Below, piece after piece: positions 45,741-53,410 of a stretch of 64,000 bases of DNA. This stretch comes from an uncultured virus (IMG/VR IMGVR_UViG_3300042391_000450) (Duplodnaviria; Heunggongvirae; Uroviricota; Caudoviricetes), in the IMG/VR virus record IMGVR_UViG_3300042391_000450; one strand, given 5' to 3'. The translations under genes were made by a program, and so were the position numbers. The notes beneath the pieces are model-generated. The model was not told the DNA's origin. It did not search any database and saw only the letters and a list, made by a program, of their open reading frames with translations. Numbering within the stretch: position 1 is the first letter of the stretch; the number at the start of each line of letters is the position of its first letter.

Positions 45741-48700
45741 ATGGCATTAACATCACCCGGCGTACAAGTTAGTATTACTGATGAATCTCAGTACTTACCA
45801 GCGCCAACAAATTCAATACCATTTGTGCTATTAGCAACTGCACAAAATAAAGTTAACCCTAGCGGTACAGGGATAGCATCAGGAACAACTGCTGCTAACG
45901 CAAACAAATTGTTTAGAGTAACAAGTCAGCGTGATCTTGTTAACTTATACGGTAATCCATTCTTTTATACGTCTACTAATGGTACACCTATTCAAGGGTA
46001 TGAATTAAACGAATATGGATTATTAGCCGCATACTCTGCTTTAGGTGCTACTAATACAGTATATTGCATGAGAGCAGACATTGACTTGGCTGCATTAGTT
46101 GGTCAAACTGGAAGACCTTCAGGTGAACCATCAGATGGAACTCTATGGTTAAATACTTCTGAAACAACTTGGGGTATTTATGTATTCAACCAAACTACTG
46201 GTCAGTTTACGTTACAAACTCCAATCGTAATAACTGATAGTACGCAAGTATCAGCTGGTTCACCTGTTAATACTGTAGGTAATATCGGTGATTACGCGGT
46301 AATCGCTATACCAACTTATAGTACTCCTACTAGTGCTACTGGTAAACAGTTTTTCTACAAAGCAACTACAAATACTTGGGTTAGTATTGGTAGTAATGCT
46401 TGGTTACAAAATGTTCCTGCTATCCAAGGTTCTAACGCACCTACGTCACTTACCGCAGCAAATACTTTTATAATCAGATTATCCGGTACTACTCAAGTAA
46501 GTGCTACTATTACAGTTCCAGCAGCTACTAACAACACAGTATCAGGCGTAGCTGCTGCAATTAATAACTTAGGTTGGGGCGGTGTAAGTGCTTCTGTAAT
46601 CGGTGGAAAATTAAATATATATTCTTCTCAAAATCTTGATGATATAGCACCTAAATTTATTACTATTGTAGCAGGAACAGGCACTGTATTAACTGACTTA
46701 GGTATTACTGCTGGGAATTACTTTCAACCTGTAATTACATACGCTACTTCCTCACAACAACCTCTATGGCAAACTGGTCAAACCGTTTCTAGACCTACTG
46801 GTTCTATTTGGATCAAAGTAGGATCTGTCGGTAACGGATTAACTCCTGTGATAGAAGAATGGTCTAGTGATTTAGCTGCTTGGAATGCTAAAACAGTAAC
46901 CCTTGCGGTATCTGATAACGCAGCCATAGCATCCTTAGATGCAGAAGGAGGTTTAAATATTGATGCAAACACTCTTTATGCGCAATATAACTTCAACAAT
47001 TTGTATCCATCAGATAGTCCTATTTATTATTGGAAAAAAGCAAATGCAGGGGCAACTGTAGTAACGGGAACTGTAGAAAATCCAACGTTTCCTAGCGGCC
47101 CCTATACTCTTTCTGTACAAGTATCGCAACCGGGAATTGCCCCACTGTCTAGTGCTTATACAGTAATTGTAGCTGACAACGCCACCGCCGCCGACTTTAT
47201 CGTTGATTGGACTAATGCTGCAATACCTTATACTAGTATAGAACTAAATTCTGCAGGTGCATTAGTAATTACTCATACTGCCGGTGGTGTGATACAAATT
47301 ACTGATAATAACGGATTTTTAACCGAAGCTGGATTTATCGCAGGTACAACCGACTATGTTAAACAGGGTGCTATTCTAACACCTACATACACACCTGTTG
47401 TTACCGGTGGTGCTGGCTCATCCGCAGTACTATCAGTTTCTCTTGCTTCTACATATGCAGTAAATTCAACCACTTTTTCTAACGCAGGTACAGGTTATGT
47501 AGTAGGAGATCAACTTACCGTTTCTGGAGCAAATTTAGGTGGTACTGCTCCAGCTAACAATTTAGTAGTTGAAGTAACACAAGTAAGTGGTGCAGGCGCG
47601 TTAGAAGGCATAACTTTTGTATCAGGAACTCCTAATGTTGTTTATACTTCATTACTATCTGACTGGATCGAAGCTGATCCTACAGCAAGCGCAACTGCAT
47701 TAACTGAAGCTCCGGTTACAGGAACTAATTGGTTCTATAGCGTTGTAGATCAAGTAGACATTATGGTAAATACTTCAGCAGGCTGGAGAGGATACAGAAA
47801 CATCAACTTTAGCAGTTCAGGTTTTCCACTACCAAGCGGTGTGAACGCTACTGATCCTAACGGTCCTATTGTAAGCGCAAGCGCACCAACTCTTCAATCC
47901 GATGGTACTGCATTAGCATACGGTGATCTTTGGATTGATATAAGTGATTTAGAAAATTATCCTATTATCAATCGTTGGCAAAGTGTTAGCGGTACTGATC
48001 AGTGGGTAAGAATTGATAACACTGATCAAACAAATCCAACAGGTGTTGTCTTTGCTGATGCACGTTGGGCGACCAACGCAACAACAAATCCAGCAACAGA
48101 TGCAGTTCCAACAATTGTTAGCTTGTTAACAAGCAACTACTTAGATTTAGATGCTCCTGATGATAGCTTATATCCAACAGGTATGTTGTTATTCAACACT
48201 AGACGATCAGGCTATAACGTTAAAGAGTTTATAACTAATTACTTTAACTCTACTAGTTTCCCAGATGTTGCGTTACCAACAGAAAAAGATGCTTGGGTAT
48301 CTGTGTCTGGATTACAATCTAATGGTGCTCCGTACATGGGTCGTAAAGCTCAAAGAGCAATGGTAGTTCAGGCGTTAAGAGCATCTATTGACACTAATAC
48401 TGCTATTAGAGATGAAGACAACTTCTTTAACTTGATTGCTACTCCGAACTATCCAGAACTTCAAGCAAACATGATTGTACTAAACGCAGATAGAGGAGAA
48501 ACTGGGTTTATCATTGGTGATACTCCAATGAGATTGCCAGAAACAGCTACAGCAATTCAAGCATGGGCAACTAATGCTGCTGGCGCAACTTCTACAGGCG
48601 ATGACGGGTTAGTAACTAGAAGTACTTACATGGGTCTATTTTATCCAAGTGGTTTGACTAATGATTTAGCAGGAAATGAAGTAGTAGTTCCAGCATCACA

Positions 48701-49310
48701 TATGATGTTAAGAACTATTTTACGTAATGACTCTATCGCTTATCCTTGGTTTGCTCCTGCAGGTACTAGAAGAGGTGTTATTGATAATGCATTAAGCATT
48801 GGTTACTTAGATGCACAAACAGGTGAATTCCAATCTACACGAACTAGAGTTGGAATTAGAGATGTGTTGTATACAAACTTTATCAACCCTCTAGTATTCT
48901 TTACTGGAAACGGATTGTTAAACTATGGCAACAAGTCAAGCTTTAATTCACAAAGCGCACTTGACAGAATTAACGTAGCAAGATTAGTAGCATATATCCG
49001 TCGTCAGTTAACAATAGCTGCTAGACCGTTTGTATTTGAGCCTAATGATGCGTTAACTAGACAGCAAATAACAGGTGTAGTACAAACTCTATTAGTTGAT
49101 TTAGTGGCTAAACGAGGGTTGTACGACTACTTAGTAGTGTGTGACGATTCAAACAACACACCTGCTAGAATAGATAGAAACGAACTTTACGTAGATGTAG
49201 CGATTGAGCCAGTGAAAGCTGCTGAATTTATCTACATCCCAGTTCGTATCTTGAATACAGGTGAGTTATCATCATCATTAGACGGTGCAGCACCAACTAG
49301 TTTGAGATAA
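45741..49310 (+). CDS. gp18: Tail sheath protein with large insertion domains
   Basis: SPGVQV...DES, PWFAPAG.RRG, INP, ALDRINV.RL, FVFEPND, CD.SNNTP..IDRN, PVKAAEFI. Confidence 0.95.
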   Translation: MALTSPGVQVSITDESQYLPAPTNSIPFVLLATAQNKVNPSGTGIASGTTAANANKLFRVTSQRDLVNLYGNPFFYTSTNGTPIQGYELNEYGLLAAYSALGATNTVYCMRADIDLAALVGQTGRPSGEPSDGTLWLNTSETTWGIYVFNQTTGQFTLQTPIVITDSTQVSAGSPVNTVGNIGDYAVIAIPTYSTPTSATGKQFFYKATTNTWVSIGSNAWLQNVPAIQGSNAPTSLTAANTFIIRLSGTTQVSATITVPAATNNTVSGVAAAINNLGWGGVSASVIGGKLNIYSSQNLDDIAPKFITIVAGTGTVLTDLGITAGNYFQPVITYATSSQQPLWQTGQTVSRPTGSIWIKVGSVGNGLTPVIEEWSSDLAAWNAKTVTLAVSDNAAIASLDAEGGLNIDANTLYAQYNFNNLYPSDSPIYYWKKANAGATVVTGTVENPTFPSGPYTLSVQVSQPGIAPLSSAYTVIVADNATAADFIVDWTNAAIPYTSIELNSAGALVITHTAGGVIQITDNNGFLTEAGFIAGTTDYVKQGAILTPTYTPVVTGGAGSSAVLSVSLASTYAVNSTTFSNAGTGYVVGDQLTVSGANLGGTAPANNLVVEVTQVSGAGALEGITFVSGTPNVVYTSLLSDWIEADPTASATALTEAPVTGTNWFYSVVDQVDIMVNTSAGWRGYRNINFSSSGFPLPSGVNATDPNGPIVSASAPTLQSDGTALAYGDLWIDISDLENYPIINRWQSVSGTDQWVRIDNTDQTNPTGVVFADARWATNATTNPATDAVPTIVSLLTSNYLDLDAPDDSLYPTGMLLFNTRRSGYNVKEFITNYFNSTSFPDVALPTEKDAWVSVSGLQSNGAPYMGRKAQRAMVVQALRASIDTNTAIRDEDNFFNLIATPNYPELQANMIVLNADRGETGFIIGDTPMRLPETATAIQAWATNAAGATSTGDDGLVTRSTYMGLFYPSGLTNDLAGNEVVVPASHMMLRTILRNDSIAYPWFAPAGTRRGVIDNALSIGYLDAQTGEFQSTRTRVGIRDVLYTNFINPLVFFTGNGLLNYGNKSSFNSQSALDRINVARLVAYIRRQLTIAARPFVFEPNDALTRQQITGVVQTLLVDLVAKRGLYDYLVVCDDSNNTPARIDRNELYVDVAIEPVKAAEFIYIPVRILNTGELSSSLDGAAPTSLR

Positions 49311-49315
49311 TAAAA

Positions 49316-49346
49316 TAAATGAGAGGGGTTAAGCCCCTCTCATTTA
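49316..49346. terminator. Strong hairpin between sheath and tube genes
   Basis: TAAATGAGAGGGG-TTAAG-CCCCTCTCATTTA (13-bp stem); new GATAAATA at 49351. Confidence 0.75.
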
Positions 49347-49378
49347 AAAAGATAAATATATAAAACAGGAGAAATAAC

Positions 49379-50050
49379 ATGGCGACAGCCTCAAATTCGT
49401 TGTTCAACATGACAGTAGCATCTGATAACGCAGGTGGCAACCAAGGCTTGCTGATGCCTAAACTACAATACCGTTTTAGAGTTAACTTCTTAAACTTTGG
49501 TGTTGATGTTGATGGCGGATTAAGCTTAACAAAACAAGTAATGGATGTAACCAGACCACAAGTACAGTTTGACGAGATTACACTAAACGTATACAACTCA
49601 AGAATTTACTTACCGGGTAAACACACTTGGCAACCAGTTACTGTTAACATCAGGGACGATGCATCAGGATCAGTCTCTAAAGCAGTAGGCCAGCAATTGC
49701 AAAAGCAATTAGACTTTGTAGAACAAGCGTCTGCTGCATCTGGTCAAGATTTTAAATTCCAAGTTAACGTTCAAGTTCTAGATGGTGGTAACGGAACTGC
49801 TGTACCGGTTGTATTAGAAAATTGGGAATTATACGGATGCTACTTACAACAAGCAAACTATAACCAGTTAAACTATGCAACAAGTGAAGCAGCTACTATA
49901 GCACTTACTATTCGTTACGACAACGCAGTTCAAACTCAGGGTGATACTCTTGGTACTGCTGGTGTTGGTCAGCGTATTGGTAGAATTGTTGCTGATGCTG
50001 CTGCTCAAGGTATTGCTACTGGTATAGGTTCAAATACACCTAGTGCATAA
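49379..50050 (+). CDS. gp19: Tail tube protein
   Basis: PKLQYRFRV, RP...F.E, GKHTW..VTV..RDD, W.LYGC, LTIRYD; follows sheath gene. Confidence 0.9.
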   Translation: MATASNSLFNMTVASDNAGGNQGLLMPKLQYRFRVNFLNFGVDVDGGLSLTKQVMDVTRPQVQFDEITLNVYNSRIYLPGKHTWQPVTVNIRDDASGSVSKAVGQQLQKQLDFVEQASAASGQDFKFQVNVQVLDGGNGTAVPVVLENWELYGCYLQQANYNQLNYATSEAATIALTIRYDNAVQTQGDTLGTAGVGQRIGRIVADAAAQGIATGIGSNTPSA

Positions 50051-50069
50051 TACTTTAGGTAGTTTATAA

Positions 50070-51386
50070 ATGTCTGGATTTTTTCAAGACTTACTAAGAG
50101 GCGCTGCTGGAGGATTCTTCGGCAGCGACTATCTTAGAGACTTTACCCATGCATCTAAAACATTTAGACCTAATTTCTATGAAAATACTCCTAAGTATAA
50201 ATTTTTATTTCATACATATTTTGAAATAAATCAAGAAATTTATAATGCAGGAATAGACAAAACTCAAAACTTAGGTTTATTAGTAAAAGAAATTAAATTA
50301 CCTAGCTATACATTTGATACTTTTCAGATGAACCAATACAATAGAAAAAGAATTATACAAACTAAAATAAAGTATGAACCTGTTACTATAACATTTCACG
50401 ATGATAATGCTAACAAAGCTACGAAACTTTGGGAAGCTTATTATAGATACAACTATCGTGACATGGACAAGAGTTTCAACAGACGTATTCAAGGTTCGGC
50501 GTTTTCTGATTTCAGTGCTGACGGAACGGTAGCAGGTGATGACTTAACAACGAGAAACATTTACCAACCTAGTATAATAGGTGAAAACTGGGGATTCACC
50601 GGTGACGCATACAATAACAACAACGTAAAAGTTCAATTCTTTAAAAATATTACAGTGTATGGACTAAACCGACATAATTTCGTATCTTATACATTAGTAA
50701 ACCCCGTCATAACACAGTTTTCTCATGATACTTATAACTATGATCAAGGTAGCGGCATTATGCAAAATCAAATGACTATTGATTATGAAACTGTAGTATA
50801 TGATTATGGCTCAATTGATGGTACTAGACCGGATAATATTATAACAGGTTTTGGTTCAGAAGAAACTTATGATAGAAGATTAAGTCCTATTTCTATCCCC
50901 GGCTCAAATAGAACAATATTAGGGCAGGGAGGTTTAGTAGATGGTGTAGGTGGAACTATAGAAGCGTTAAGTCAAGGAAATATTTTAGGTGCTATCAAAC
51001 TCGCAGGCACCTCGTACAACACTTTTAAAAATACTGATCTTAAACAAAATATAAAACAAGAGTTGTTAAATGGAGTAACATCTGCTTTAACTAATCCCAA
51101 CGTAACTAGAAATATAGGTGCGTTTTTCCAGCAAGTTGGTTCTACTCCGTCACCTGTAGCAACAGCAAGTGCACCTACTACTGGCGCCATCAGCCATGCG
51201 GCAGTTGACACTAGAGCAGGTATAACTAGAGCACCTCTTCCTGCCGGTGCTCAAAGTTTCGCGGCATTTGACACTAGAGCAGGTATAACTAGAGCACCTC
51301 TTCCTGCCGGCGGTCAAGTTAATTCAAGTGGTGCAACATCATATCCAGCTAACTTAGGTCAGCCGATTACTAGAAGAAGTTTGTAA
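50070..51386 (+). CDS. Tube-like baseplate/tail tube initiator (gp48/gp54-like)
   Basis: PKYKFLF, VK.I.LPS, NQYNRKR, YEPVTITFHDD, L.NP.IT.F, M.IDYE. Confidence 0.75.
   Translation: MSGFFQDLLRGAAGGFFGSDYLRDFTHASKTFRPNFYENTPKYKFLFHTYFEINQEIYNAGIDKTQNLGLLVKEIKLPSYTFDTFQMNQYNRKRIIQTKIKYEPVTITFHDDNANKATKLWEAYYRYNYRDMDKSFNRRIQGSAFSDFSADGTVAGDDLTTRNIYQPSIIGENWGFTGDAYNNNNVKVQFFKNITVYGLNRHNFVSYTLVNPVITQFSHDTYNYDQGSGIMQNQMTIDYETVVYDYGSIDGTRPDNIITGFGSEETYDRRLSPISIPGSNRTILGQGGLVDGVGGTIEALSQGNILGAIKLAGTSYNTFKNTDLKQNIKQELLNGVTSALTNPNVTRNIGAFFQQVGSTPSPVATASAPTTGAISHAAVDTRAGITRAPLPAGAQSFAAFDTRAGITRAPLPAGGQVNSSGATSYPANLGQPITRRSL
51205..51310 (+). repeat. In-frame 43-bp direct repeat, period 63
   Basis: TTGACACTAGAGCAGGTATAACTAGAGCACCTCTTCCTGCCGG at 51205-51247 and 51268-51310. 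Confidence 0.95.
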
Positions 51387-51411
51387 TAACACATAATGAC
51401 TAAATAATATT

Positions 51412-51774
51412 ATGCCTACAATAATTAATAACCTTCAAAACACAGACAGAACTATATTAATATACGATAATTTCTATAATACCAAGCTTGGTATAAACGC
51501 CAATGAATTTGACATTGTTTTTTCTTATTTTAAATCAATATCAGATAATGATACGATTGCTGGAAACTTTACTTCAAATCTTTTTAGAATATCACAAGAA
51601 GCAGATATACCTGTATTAGAATTATTAGATCAGTTAAAGGGGTTACCTAACAAACTTGAAATGAATAAAGTTATTTGTTACTTTTTGAATAGCTTTAAAT
51701 CTAATACTTCACTTTACGGTGTAGGAGTTATTGCTAGACCAAATCAACTTGCTGCTAGAAATGTAGTCCAATAA
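51412..51774 (+). CDS. Hypothetical late protein
   Basis: ACTAAATA-N5-ATG. Confidence 0.75.
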   Translation: MPTIINNLQNTDRTILIYDNFYNTKLGINANEFDIVFSYFKSISDNDTIAGNFTSNLFRISQEADIPVLELLDQLKGLPNKLEMNKVICYFLNSFKSNTSLYGVGVIARPNQLAARNVVQ

Positions 51775-52221
51775 ATGGCTAAATGGGCGCAAGGTCAATA
51801 CACTCCAAAAAATCCTGACAAATATATAGGTAAACACACACCAAGATATCGTTCTGGTTGGGAATTACGAGTAATGATGTTTTTAGATGAGAACAAACAT
51901 ATATTAAAATGGGCTAGTGAAGCTATTGCAATTCCTTATAAAAACCCTCTTACGGGAAAACCTTCAATGTATATTCCTGATTTTTTCGTAATGTATGAAA
52001 ACAAACATCACAAAACCAGTGCAGAAATAATTGAAGTAAAACCAAAAAGTCAAACTTCATTACAAGAAGCTAAAACTAGACATGATAAAGTACATGCTAT
52101 AGTCAATCAAGCTAAGTTTACTGCTGCTATGGCATATTGTAAACAAAACGGTTTTGTATTTAGAGTAGTAAGCGAAGACTCAATATTCATGAATACTACT
52201 AGCAAAAAAGGAAAAAGATAA
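51775..52221 (+). CDS. gp4: Head completion nuclease (T4 gp4-like, TnsA fold)
   Basis: G.Y.PKNP.KY.G, YRS.WE, W.SE, Y.PDF, IEVKP, N.AK..AA..YC. Confidence 0.9.
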   Translation: MAKWAQGQYTPKNPDKYIGKHTPRYRSGWELRVMMFLDENKHILKWASEAIAIPYKNPLTGKPSMYIPDFFVMYENKHHKTSAEIIEVKPKSQTSLQEAKTRHDKVHAIVNQAKFTAAMAYCKQNGFVFRVVSEDSIFMNTTSKKGKR

Positions 52222-52243
52222 TTATTTTTTAATAAATAGTTAC

Positions 52244-52726
52244 ATGACTAAAAAATTAAGCGAACTTTTTGAATTACCCGAAGACTCTGATATTTCAGAT
52301 ACTGATTTATCAGAACCTATTTTTGACCACGCGCAAGAAATCACTCAAACTGCTTTAACTAACTTAGAAAAAATAGAAGCTGCATTACCTCAAGTAAGAG
52401 GATTGGAAGCGGCAGATAGCGAATTAGATGAACTTGCAGAATTAGCAGCTAGTAGTTACAAAGACTTAATGGATTTGGGTATGCAAGTAGAGTCTAGATT
52501 TTCAAGTGAAATATTTAACAGTGCTAGTAGTATGTTGGGACATGCGATTACGGCAAAGACTGCAAAAATTAATAAAAAGCTAAAACAACTTGATCTTCAA
52601 TTAAAAAAAGCCGCTTTGGATCAAAAACTACAAAACAAACACGAAGAAGTAGAAAACACACCTATCGGTGAAGGTAAAGCATTAGACAGAAACGAACTTT
52701 TAAAACTTTATACAAAAGACAAGTAG
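52244..52726 (+). CDS. Helical late protein, possibly terminase small subunit
   Basis: gp16-like helical architecture, C-terminal DRNELLK; AATAAATA-N5-ATG. Confidence 0.5.
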   Translation: MTKKLSELFELPEDSDISDTDLSEPIFDHAQEITQTALTNLEKIEAALPQVRGLEAADSELDELAELAASSYKDLMDLGMQVESRFSSEIFNSASSMLGHAITAKTAKINKKLKQLDLQLKKAALDQKLQNKHEEVENTPIGEGKALDRNELLKLYTKDK

Positions 52727-52779
52727 ATTTTAAAAGATAAAGATAAATAATAGATATTATACATATTTAAGGATTAACC

Positions 52780-53400
52780 ATGCGAAGCTTCAAACATTAT
52801 TTGGTAGAATCTGTACACAGTTACGACTACACTATTAAAATTGTAGGCGATATAGATGCTAAACAGATGGACCTGTTCAAGTACAACTTGAATAAATTTG
52901 ATCCAATAGAAATTACTGGACCAACTTCTACACCTATTCAAAAATCACCATATGGATTTCCTGGTGTTACAAATCAGTCTGTAAATATCATTAAAGCAAA
53001 GTTTAGATATCCTGCAACTGAGCCAATGGTTAGACAAATGGCTAGATTAATAAACATAGATGAAAACAGAGTGCGATTAGTTTCTACTGCGTTTGATGAC
53101 AGCATTGATCATGAAGCAGAACAGTATGAAAATCAAATGGAAAAGTCACCAGTATTAACTAACGATTATCCCGATGATAAGTCTGCTAAAGCAGCAGCAA
53201 AAGCATATGGTAATTCTTACTTAGATGAAATTGAAAAGTCTATGAAAGATCATAAAATTGAAAGCCCGTATGCTGGTGAAAAAACTAAACAAGCGTTTGA
53301 TCCATTTAAGCCAGAAGAGTATATGAAATCAATGGGCGATAAAAGTCCAATGAGTACTATCAACAGACCAGCTAAGCCCAAGATTGGCGCCGGAAGATAA
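52780..53400 (+). CDS. Hypothetical head-associated protein
   Basis: GATAAATA at 52742; MRSFKHYLVES N-terminus typical of processed head proteins. Confidence 0.7.
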   Translation: MRSFKHYLVESVHSYDYTIKIVGDIDAKQMDLFKYNLNKFDPIEITGPTSTPIQKSPYGFPGVTNQSVNIIKAKFRYPATEPMVRQMARLINIDENRVRLVSTAFDDSIDHEAEQYENQMEKSPVLTNDYPDDKSAKAAAKAYGNSYLDEIEKSMKDHKIESPYAGEKTKQAFDPFKPEEYMKSMGDKSPMSTINRPAKPKIGAGR

Positions 53401-53410
53401 GGAATCTATT

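Noticed and set aside
51205..51310. 43-bp repeat with 20-bp gap as a mini-CRISPR
   Set aside because: Only two copies, in frame inside a structural CDS, and the sequence just before each copy is also similar
51775..52221. TnsA transposase indicating a Tn7-like element
   Set aside because: Motifs and context match T4 gp4 head-completion nuclease; no TnsB/TnsC
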